This document shows positions 1 through 6,824 of a stretch of 25,090 nt of DNA, piece by piece. Location: positions 1 through 25,090 of the IMG/VR virus record IMGVR_UViG_3300028145_000047; one strand, 5' to 3'. The notes beneath the pieces are model-generated. The model was not told where the DNA came from. It saw only the letters and a list, made by a program, of their open reading frames with translations, and did no database searches. The number at the start of each line of letters is the position of its first letter. The stretch's first letter is position 1. Made by a program: the position numbers and the translations under genes. Source of the stretch: a virus. Its lineage: Duplodnaviria > Caudoviricetes.

Positions 1-173
1 GCTGCCGGCGTGGCATATTGCGCCTGTGACTGCGGCTGGCCGTTCGGAACGACCTGCATCAGGTCTGTGGTCGGATGGATGACCGATACCGTCGGGACAC
101 CGATCGATTGCGCGAACGCAACCCCGGCCAGCGCAAGAACGCCGAGAGCCACAAACGTCAAAATCTTCTTCAT
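1..173 (-). CDS. Signal-peptide-bearing putative virion-associated protein (3' end outside window)
   Basis: Manually translated: ATG at 173 behind GGAGG; MKKILTFVALGVLALAGVAFA|QSIGVPTVSV... has a basic n-region, hydrophobic core and AFA cleavage motif; frame open to the window edge. Confidence 0.75.
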   Translation of the reverse strand, partial: MKKILTFVALGVLALAGVAFAQSIGVPTVSVIHPTTDLMQVVPNGQPQSQAQYATPA

Positions 174-211
174 GATTCGCCTCCGTTGGCCCTTCTTCGA
201 AGGGAGATATT

Positions 212-496
212 TCAAAGACTTCGGTACAGCAACGCCACGAAAGATGTTGGCGAAGGTCCAGCGAAACTCGCGTATTGTTGGATCTCATCATCAACCGAGA
301 TGATGGGCTCAAAATGCCCGTCGCCGACGACATTGGCATTCCGTGGTTGACTGGTGGTGATCATGGAGAGAATTGTATCTCCGGATTTCAGCCCAACAAC
401 GCTGATCGTTCCAGGGTCATTGAGCATCTGGAACGTAGCTTGGATAATCTGTCCAGCAGCAGCACCGGGGATTGAAGACAGAACAGATACGGTCAT
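212..496 (-). CDS. Hypothetical phage protein (94 aa)
   Basis: ORF packed between neighbouring minus-strand genes of the structural operon; no recognised motif. Confidence 0.6.
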   Translation of the reverse strand: MTVSVLSSIPGAAAGQIIQATFQMLNDPGTISVVGLKSGDTILSMITTSQPRNANVVGDGHFEPIISVDDEIQQYASFAGPSPTSFVALLYRSL

Positions 497-499
497 GAT

Positions 500-889
500 T
501 CACCCCAAGATCCAATAATTGTAGACTGATGCATCGCTGCCGAATGACTTGATCTGGAAACTGACCCCAGGAGTCACAGCGAACATGAACGGCCCACTTG
601 TGCTGACGCTACTGGCCGTCTTCAAGCCAAAAATCACCACCGAAGTTGCCGTGATGTTGGTGTCGGCGATCGTGACCGCAGTAGTCCCGTTCGCGGTGAA
701 TGTCCCGCCATGCGCCGAGATGACCGAAGCCTGCGGGCCGGCATTGAATGGAAGGAAACCGCCGACGCTCACCGGCGACGTGATGATCCCGCCGAGGCCG
801 CCGGTCTGCGCCAGTGCGTAGCCGACGCCGAAGACGAGGACGGATGCAATCGCGCCGAACTTGAACCGGCGCCAAGCGTACTTGAACAT
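500..889 (-). CDS. Signal-peptide-bearing beta-rich putative virion accessory/decoration protein
   Basis: RBS GAGGAGAG; MFKYAWRRFKFGAIASVLVFGVGYALA|Q leader; Thr/Gly/Ser-rich C-terminal domain ending YNYWILG. Confidence 0.7.
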   Translation of the reverse strand: MFKYAWRRFKFGAIASVLVFGVGYALAQTGGLGGIITSPVSVGGFLPFNAGPQASVISAHGGTFTANGTTAVTIADTNITATSVVIFGLKTASSVSTSGPFMFAVTPGVSFQIKSFGSDASVYNYWILG

Positions 890-917
890 TTCCGTCTCTC
901 CTCTTCCCTTTTTGGTC

Positions 918-1679
918 TCAGGCCGACTGCCGCGCGGCGGGCGCGATGGTGCCGAGAACGTTGATTTCGCGATATTGGCCGGGCACGTCCTTGTGACCGA
1001 TGCGCAGGCCCACGCCAGCCGGCGCGTCTTGTCCGGTGCTCGTCAGGTTTGAGCCGCGGCGCGCCGGGGCTCGCCCGTTGATGGTCAGGCCATTCGGCGT
1101 GACATATTGCGGGACCGGCGGAACGACTGACACCACACTTCCGATCGAATCGACATAGGCCGAGAAGATTTCCTTGGCGGTGTCATTCATCGGGATCATG
1201 GCCTCATTCGGCACGCCAGGCCATTCGATCTCGGTCTTTTCGACCGCCTTGCTGGCAGGATTGACCCAATTCGGGTCGACCATGACCTCGTCAAGGTAGA
1301 CCTTGTTCCGAAGCTGGTATTTCGCCACGCGGCCCTCCGCGCGCGCCTGAATGATTAGATTCTCCATCAGGGCCCGCGCCTCGGCACGCTTGCGGACGAC
1401 TTCGGGGGCGACCCGCTTGCGACTGGTCCCCTGGTCGGTGAGCTGCGCCAAGGCCATCGCGAGGCCCTCGGCAAACTGATTGTCGATCGAGGCCGCCGGT
1501 GCCGCCGCGGTACCGCTGGCCTCACGTCCGGCCGTAAGTGCGGCCATGATGCCCTGAACCGCCTCGGCCGCGGCCGCGGCGACCGCAGCCTTGAACTCGG
1601 GCGATTCGGTGATAACCCCAGCCGACGCCGAGTTGGCGGCGGCTTCGGCGGCGAGCTGTGCGGCGGACTTGCGACCCAT
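918..1679 (-). CDS. Hypothetical phage protein (253 aa) downstream of the cement gene
   Basis: Likely start MGRKSAAQ at 1679 with GAGGT RBS. The longer ORF call (to 2129) overlaps the cement gene. Ala-rich N-terminus. Confidence 0.7.
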   Translation of the reverse strand: MGRKSAAQLAAEAAANSASAGVITESPEFKAAVAAAAAEAVQGIMAALTAGREASGTAAAPAASIDNQFAEGLAMALAQLTDQGTSRKRVAPEVVRKRAEARALMENLIIQARAEGRVAKYQLRNKVYLDEVMVDPNWVNPASKAVEKTEIEWPGVPNEAMIPMNDTAKEIFSAYVDSIGSVVSVVPPVPQYVTPNGLTINGRAPARRGSNLTSTGQDAPAGVGLRIGHKDVPGQYREINVLGTIAPAARQSA

Positions 1680-1720
1680 GATCTTGACCTCGGTGCGTGG
1701 GGGAAGGGAAACCGTCGCGA

Positions 1721-2293
1721 TCAGGCGACGGTGTAGTTCTTCGATGCGAAACGATTCGCCTGGTCGTCGCGGACGAACGTCACCAGAGCAAACGCGATCG
1801 TGCCGGCCGTGAAGCTGCCCGACGGCAGGGTCGTCGTGGTCATCGGCGAGAATGCCAGCCGCATGAAGCGCGGACGCAGGCCCGGCGGCATGGTCGGAAT
1901 GAACGGCGTGCGGAACGGGACCGCGCCGGCCGTCAGGTTGGCCAAGCTGATGCCATCCTGCGAGTCGACGTCCTGCCACGTACCGGGCTGGAACGTGGGC
2001 GTGCCGAGATCCGGTGCCGCCTGCAATGCGATCTTGAGCTGTTGGCCGACCGCGCCGGTGAACGCCGTGCCGACCCCGATCATCAGTTCCGGGCGATTGC
2101 CGCCGCCGACACCCAAATCGGCACCCCACAGAGTGGCGTTGCCGATGATATTTCCGGCGTTGCCGGTCGGGGCGACGCCGACACCAAGGCCCAACAGGTC
2201 GATCACGTTGGAGGTGACCACCACGCCAGCGCCGGCGACCAGCGAAAGCGGGGCACCAGGCTGGACGAAAGCAATACTTGCATCAGAGCGCAT
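1721..2293 (-). CDS. Capsid cement/decoration protein (BPP-1 Bbp16-like)
   Basis: Immediately downstream of the major capsid gene; motifs SNVIDL, DLGVG, LKIALQ, RFMRL resemble this beta-sandwich family; AAGGA RBS. Confidence 0.7.
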   Translation of the reverse strand: MRSDASIAFVQPGAPLSLVAGAGVVVTSNVIDLLGLGVGVAPTGNAGNIIGNATLWGADLGVGGGNRPELMIGVGTAFTGAVGQQLKIALQAAPDLGTPTFQPGTWQDVDSQDGISLANLTAGAVPFRTPFIPTMPPGLRPRFMRLAFSPMTTTTLPSGSFTAGTIAFALVTFVRDDQANRFASKNYTVA

Positions 2294-2338
2294 GAGAATG
2301 GTCCTTTCTTGGCTTTCGCCGGTGGATGGGACGACCGA

Positions 2339-3385
2339 TCAGGTAACCTGAGATTCGGTATTCAGGAGCTGGTCGACGATCTTGATCGGGATGCCGCGGA
2401 ACACATCGCACGGCATGCCGGCATAGTCGGTCAGATGCAGCAACACGTTGCGGTCGCGCATGCCCTGGACGTCCATCCAGTGGCGCAGCGTTCGGTTGCA
2501 GTAGAAGACCGGGCGGATGCCGGGCGACGGATCGTTGACGGCGTCGGTCTTGGTGATGCCGGACGTTCCCTTACCGAGGTGCGGCGGCAGGAACATGACC
2601 TGCGCCATGGTGGCGAAGATGTCGAGCGCGTTCGGCCCGGCTAGGCCGGCGTTCGTGGTGTCGATGTTCGCGACACGCGCGCCGTACCGCCAATCCTGCG
2701 GGCACAGGCCCATCTGATGCCGGAACCACGAGGTATAGGCCTCGAACCGGTTGCCGAGCGAATCAAAGCCAGGCGTGGTGTCGGCCTTGTCTTCCATCGT
2801 GAGGCCCGCCTTGGAGCCGCGCGGATAGAGGCCGAAGATCGTTCGCTCGCCCCAGCAAATCAGCCACAGTGAGCAATTGGCCGAGGCCGTGCCGCCGCCG
2901 GAAATGACGTTCTGGGCGTTCTGGGCGTTGGCCTGCGTGATCGTATTGTAAAAGGGCGACATGCCCATGAACTCGATCGGCGTCACGGTCGTATTGCCGT
3001 AGAAAAGCGTCTGAGCCATCGTCTGGCTCATGCCCTCCAGGAACGCGACGTCCTCATTCTCGCGGAACTGGTCGATGTCGCCGGAATCCTCGGCGAGCAT
3101 GCGGTCGACCTGGGAATAGTCTTCCAGCGAGCCCAGACCGACCCGCGCCTTTGCGGTGGTCGACTTGCTGTAGGGGATGCCCATATTGTACTGGCGCCAA
3201 GCGCCGGCCGGGATCGAAGTCCGGAAGACGAACTCGTGGCCGCCGATCTCATTGGCCTCGAGGATCGGCATATCGTCCCAGATATCGTTTGCCTGGGACA
3301 GCATTTCCGAAATGTAGACCTGCTTCTGCGCGCCGTTGATGCGGCTTGAGAGATCGATAAGGGTGGGCCACTGACCGGTCGCCAT
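2339..3385 (-). CDS. Major capsid protein (HK97 fold, BPP-1 Bbp17-like)
   Basis: 348 aa; PTLIDL, RTSIPAGAWR, EDVAFLEGMSQ, LFYGN, DWRYGARVANID and FRGIPIKIVDQLLNTE motifs; AAGGAG RBS; follows the scaffold gene. Confidence 0.92.
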   Translation of the reverse strand: MATGQWPTLIDLSSRINGAQKQVYISEMLSQANDIWDDMPILEANEIGGHEFVFRTSIPAGAWRQYNMGIPYSKSTTAKARVGLGSLEDYSQVDRMLAEDSGDIDQFRENEDVAFLEGMSQTMAQTLFYGNTTVTPIEFMGMSPFYNTITQANAQNAQNVISGGGTASANCSLWLICWGERTIFGLYPRGSKAGLTMEDKADTTPGFDSLGNRFEAYTSWFRHQMGLCPQDWRYGARVANIDTTNAGLAGPNALDIFATMAQVMFLPPHLGKGTSGITKTDAVNDPSPGIRPVFYCNRTLRHWMDVQGMRDRNVLLHLTDYAGMPCDVFRGIPIKIVDQLLNTESQVT

Positions 3386-3397
3386 CGTAGTTCTCCT

Positions 3398-4270
3398 TTA
3401 TTGCCGATTTCCCGGCGAGCGAGGGTTGTCGTACATGACCGCACGCCGGTTCGGAGCGCGGCCGCCGTCTTTTCCGGTGGGCTGTGGGTTCGGTGGGGGC
3501 AGTCCGGGTTCATCGAAGAATCTGGCGAAATTGTGCATCATCTTCAGGAAGGCGGGATGGTCGCCCGCGCCGGTGACGCGCAAGAAGCTCTCGAAATCGC
3601 CGCGGTCGGCCTCGGGCACGGCCATGTCGCGCATCCGCGCAATTGCGCCCATCGATGTCTGATAGCCGGCGCCGCCGATCTGCTCATCGGCCATGACCTT
3701 GGTGCGCCAGTCCTTGCGGGTCTCATTGAAAACCCGAACCTGCTCTTGGCGCAGGTGCTGATCGTGCGCGAGCATCTGCTGATTGTGGAGGTCGATCAGC
3801 TTCTGCACGCCTTCGGCCGGGTTCGACCGGAAGCCGTCGAGCGCCTCATGGAGCGAGCCTTTCAAGGCGTCGTCCATCTTCAGCGTCTCTGGGAGGGTAT
3901 ACTTGTACTCTACCGGCTCGAGCTTGGCGGGTTCGGCGGGCGCGGCTTCCTTGGCTGGCTCAGTGACCTTTTCTTCCGGCTTTGCTTCCGGCTTGGCCTC
4001 GGTCTTCGCTTCCGGTTTCGCATCCTTCGCCTTGTCGGCTTCCTTCGCGGCGTCGAATGCCTCAAGCAGCGTCGGTTCCGCGGCGGGGGGCGCTTCGGCG
4101 GCCGGCGCGGCGGGGACAACCTCGGGCGCGGCAGGAGCAGCAACCGGCTCTACAGCCGGTGCCGCAACCGCCGGTTCCGGAGCGACAGGAGCCGGCGCTA
4201 TTGCCTCTACAACCGCAGGAGGTGTTGCTGCAGGGGTCTCGGCCGGCGCTTTGTCGTTCGGATCAGCCAT
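3398..4270 (-). CDS. Capsid scaffolding protein
   Basis: Pro/Ala/Glu-rich N-terminus, helical core, TGAGDHPAFLK motif and C-terminal AVMYD; directly upstream of the major capsid gene. Confidence 0.8.
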   Translation of the reverse strand: MADPNDKAPAETPAATPPAVVEAIAPAPVAPEPAVAAPAVEPVAAPAAPEVVPAAPAAEAPPAAEPTLLEAFDAAKEADKAKDAKPEAKTEAKPEAKPEEKVTEPAKEAAPAEPAKLEPVEYKYTLPETLKMDDALKGSLHEALDGFRSNPAEGVQKLIDLHNQQMLAHDQHLRQEQVRVFNETRKDWRTKVMADEQIGGAGYQTSMGAIARMRDMAVPEADRGDFESFLRVTGAGDHPAFLKMMHNFARFFDEPGLPPPNPQPTGKDGGRAPNRRAVMYDNPRSPGNRQ

Positions 4271-4664
4271 TTAAACGGTTCCGCTTCGGCTTTGGATTGA
4301 CGGCGAGAAAGTCAGGATCGCATTCGTCATGCATGAGAGCGATACCGGCGCGGTCGGCGAGCATGAGAGTGCGGTAAAATCGGAGGCCAAAGGATCGCTG
4401 GCCGTATGCGGCCCAGGTGCTCTCGGCGTTCGGAAAACCGTTCGGGCCGACCCCATATTTGTCCTCGAACGTGCCGAGGGCAGAGAGAAGATCCCATAGC
4501 GCTTTTCGACCCACCGGATCAGCGAGAGATCTCTTCCAGAAATTGCGCTCGTTTTCCTTGGCGAGCTTGGTGCGTTCGGTTTTGCGGGCAACCGACGCTG
4601 GATCGCCCGCGTCTTCCGTTTCTCGTGCCGATTCGGGCTGTTCGAGCTCGTATTCATCGCTCAT
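4263..4664 (-). CDS. Bbp19-like head-module protein
   Basis: DPVGRKALWDLL and AYGQRSFGL motifs; position just upstream of the scaffold as in BPP-1-like phages. Confidence 0.65.
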   Translation of the reverse strand: MSDEYELEQPESARETEDAGDPASVARKTERTKLAKENERNFWKRSLADPVGRKALWDLLSALGTFEDKYGVGPNGFPNAESTWAAYGQRSFGLRFYRTLMLADRAGIALMHDECDPDFLAVNPKPKRNRLNG

Positions 4665-5155
4665 GCCGCCCCCGCGCTGTCGGGGATCAGGATGCCGCTC
4701 GGCGTCTTGTTCCAGCCGGCGGGGCGCGTATCGCGCAGCGGTGGGGCTTGCGGCTTCGGCAGGATCGCGCCGACACGGTTGGTGCGCTTGGTCCGATATT
4801 CCTCGGCTACTCGGTGCGCCGCGCGAAGGTTCTCGGCGAGCTTGACGAACAACGGGTGCATCTGGCCGGGCACGATCGGCCGACGCGAGCCGTCGGGCAT
4901 CTTGACGCCGCGGAGCCAGTCACCGGCGCGGCGGTGCGCCTCCTCCATGTAAAGCCCGATCTGGAGCCAGCGCGCATCGACGCGCCAATGGCCAGCCTGG
5001 CGGCAGGCGCCCTCGATCAGTTTCAGCTCTTTCCGGAGTTGGATGTACCGAGGCCCCTTTTTCGGGGACCGGGCCAGATATTCACACGAATCGGCCGCCG
5101 ACTTCAGATTGTCGGACAGGCAGTCGAAGATTTCGGCTTCGGTGAGATCACCCAT
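4661..5155 (-). CDS. Hypothetical phage protein (164 aa)
   Basis: ATGA-coupled to the next gene; helical composition; C-terminal KTPSGILIPD. Confidence 0.7.
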   Translation of the reverse strand: MGDLTEAEIFDCLSDNLKSAADSCEYLARSPKKGPRYIQLRKELKLIEGACRQAGHWRVDARWLQIGLYMEEAHRRAGDWLRGVKMPDGSRRPIVPGQMHPLFVKLAENLRAAHRVAEEYRTKRTNRVGAILPKPQAPPLRDTRPAGWNKTPSGILIPDSAGAA

Positions 5156-5196
5156 GCACTGAGGATTGCGTCAGTTCCCGACACAACACAATCGGC

Positions 5197-5227
5197 CTTG
5201 CCCGAACACTGATAATCGGTGATTATT
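5197..5227 (+). promoter_or_regulatory. Putative promoter and palindromic operator for the plus-strand cassette
   Basis: TTGCCC (5198-5203), 17 bp spacer, GATTAT (5221-5226); inverted repeat ATAATC-ggt-GATTAT (5212-5226) in the divergent intergenic region. Confidence 0.45.
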
Positions 5228-5255
5228 AAGTAGCGAAGTGAACCGGAGGGATTCC

Positions 5256-5471
5256 ATGGCCGACGAAAAAGAGTGGCTAAATCGCAAAGATGCAGCGCGA
5301 TTCCTTACCTCGATCGGCTGTCCGATCTCTCCAGGGACGCTCGCAAACTACGCTTCGAACAACAACGCCGGCAAAGGCCCGCCGTTTACCCGCTTCCGGT
5401 GGAATCGGGTCTCCTATCACAAGCCCGAGTTGCGCCTTTGGGCCGCTCGGCAGAGCATAAAGGTGGCGTGA
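5256..5471 (+). CDS. Excisionase/AlpA-like helix-turn-helix DNA-binding protein
   Basis: GGAGG RBS; WLNRKDAARFL...SPGTLANYAS...GKGPPF...RVSY...LRLW pattern of MerR/Xis-like winged HTH proteins. Confidence 0.8.
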   Translation: MADEKEWLNRKDAARFLTSIGCPISPGTLANYASNNNAGKGPPFTRFRWNRVSYHKPELRLWAARQSIKVA

Positions 5472-5704
5472 TGATTCTCACGACGTTCAAGGGCATAGAT
5501 CCGTCGGCCTCGCGGCGCGGTTGCGAGGAATACGACATGGAGGACGGCACTACGTTCCTCTGGCCGCGATGCGAGATCAGCGGCTGCGCCAACGGCATCT
5601 GCGCAGGGATGAGCAAGAGCCTTTGCTACCCGCACGGGATTGAGTTCGGAGCGTTCACCGTGGCACAGTTTGAGGCCAACCGAAGGAAGAAGTTCGCCGA
5701 ATGA
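5471..5704 (+). CDS. Small Cys/His-rich hypothetical protein (77 aa)
   Basis: TGATG coupling to the HTH gene; CEISGC...C...CYPH suggests metal binding. Confidence 0.6.
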   Translation: MILTTFKGIDPSASRRGCEEYDMEDGTTFLWPRCEISGCANGICAGMSKSLCYPHGIEFGAFTVAQFEANRRKKFAE

Positions 5705-5970
5705 CCCTCCAGCCCTCCCGCCGCGGCTTCATCACCGGCCTCGTGTCGCTCGCGGTCACCGCCCCGGCCATCGTCAAATCTGCCAGCCTTATGCCCGTGA
5801 AGCTGATGCTGCCGAGCCGGCCGAGCCTGATCTACAGCAACCGCGTGATCCGCCGTTATGTGGACATTGAGGCTTTCCGAGATCGAAACATTTTGCTGCG
5901 GATTACCGAGGATGTGAATTATCTGGCAGTGCCGATCCGTGTGATCGACTTAGGTCCATCGCCATGGTGA
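5701..5970 (+). CDS. Tat-like leader fused to a major capsid protein C-terminal fragment
   Basis: SRRGFITG leader; residues 45-83 align to MCP residues 295-338, with 12/26 identical in the ungapped first block; ATGA coupling. Confidence 0.8.
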   Translation: MTLQPSRRGFITGLVSLAVTAPAIVKSASLMPVKLMLPSRPSLIYSNRVIRRYVDIEAFRDRNILLRITEDVNYLAVPIRVIDLGPSPW

Positions 5971-6290
5971 CTAGTCGCCGCTCGTTCATCACCGGCCTGA
6001 TCGCCTTCGCCGCCGCGCCTGCGATCGTCCGCGCGTCTAGTCTGATGCCGGTCAAGGCTATGGTGCCGGATCTGGAATGGCTTGAAGAGGATTTCGTTTT
6101 CCGGACTTCCATTCCCGCTGGAGATTGGCGGATGATCAATGCGCCATATGGGCGGTCGCCGGCCATGGACTGCCTGCTTGGGGCCAAGGAGGTGTGCGCC
6201 CATCTTGAACGGTTCCTGCGCCGAGCGCCGCCGATCATCGAGTTCGACAAGATCGACACCTCAGACCCGCTGTGGGCGATGCCGAAGTGA
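5964..6290 (+). CDS. Tat-like leader fused to major capsid and portal fragments (chimera)
   Basis: SRRSFITG leader; FVFRTSIPAGDWR matches MCP 52-64 at 12/13; NAPYGRSPAMDCLLGAK matches portal 315-331 at 11/17. Confidence 0.85.
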   Translation: MVTSRRSFITGLIAFAAAPAIVRASSLMPVKAMVPDLEWLEEDFVFRTSIPAGDWRMINAPYGRSPAMDCLLGAKEVCAHLERFLRRAPPIIEFDKIDTSDPLWAMPK

Positions 6291-6466
6291 GATACGCGCT
6301 GATCGCCATCGGCATCTGGCTCGTCCTGGCAATGACCGTTGGCCCGATCGTCGACTACGCCGAACACACCATTCGAACGGCGATTCACGTCGCTTACGAA
6401 TGCAAGGACCGAGGACGGTCAGAGCCCGAATGCCGTCATGATGTTAGGACGGAACTTACCCGTTGA
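6287..6466 (+). CDS. Small single-pass membrane protein
   Basis: GTGA overlap with the previous stop; N-terminal hydrophobic helix followed by a Cys pair (ECKDRGRSEPEC). Confidence 0.6.
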   Translation: MRYALIAIGIWLVLAMTVGPIVDYAEHTIRTAIHVAYECKDRGRSEPECRHDVRTELTR

Positions 6467-6824
6467 TAGTCACATTGAGGATCGCACGCGCACCGCCTTG
6501 TGCCGTAACGGCGTTACCTTCAATCAAAGACTTGATCGCGTCGAGGATCGTTTTTGCTTGTGTGAACTGCGTGGATGAAAGTGCCTGCGATAGGGCTACG
6601 CTGCTGATTGGATGGGCAGTGTTCGGAGCGCCATCAGCGGCACCCGGAGATCCATCGGCATTCACAGCCGTCGTCGCCATAGCGGCCAAAACCGTAGCCG
6701 CTCCCGTATCCGTCCAAGCTGCATCGAGAGCAACAATCTGCTGATACAGCACCATCATCTGCTGCGAGATCGAAACGATGTTGTTAGCGATCCTGATCGC
6801 CTGTGAATTTAGCGTTCCTGACAT
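6456..6824 (-). CDS. Hypothetical protein coupled to the fibre gene (possible chaperone or structural protein)
   Basis: TAATG overlap with the fibre gene stop; GGGAG RBS; helical, Ala/Gln-rich. Confidence 0.7.
   Translation of the reverse strand: MSGTLNSQAIRIANNIVSISQQMMVLYQQIVALDAAWTDTGAATVLAAMATTAVNADGSPGAADGAPNTAHPISSVALSQALSSTQFTQAKTILDAIKSLIEGNAVTAQGGARAILNVTING

Noticed and set aside
1680-2129. N-terminal extension of the 918-2129 ORF, or a frameshift fusion with the cement gene
   Set aside because: The extension is an off-frame overlap with the cement gene. A good RBS and ATG exist at 1679 and no slippery site was seen.
5471-5704. Possible MCP-like fragments (AGMSKSLCY...GIEF versus EGMSQTMAQTLFYG...PIEF) and a GIDP motif in the Cys-rich cassette gene
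   Set aside because: Needs two gaps for a handful of identities; not distinguishable from chance by eye.
6093-6188. Capsid and portal fragment copies acting as antisense RNA or as DGR template/variable repeats
   Set aside because: Differences are concentrated at synonymous third positions, which disrupts pairing. They are not adenine-specific, and no reverse transcriptase is present in the window.
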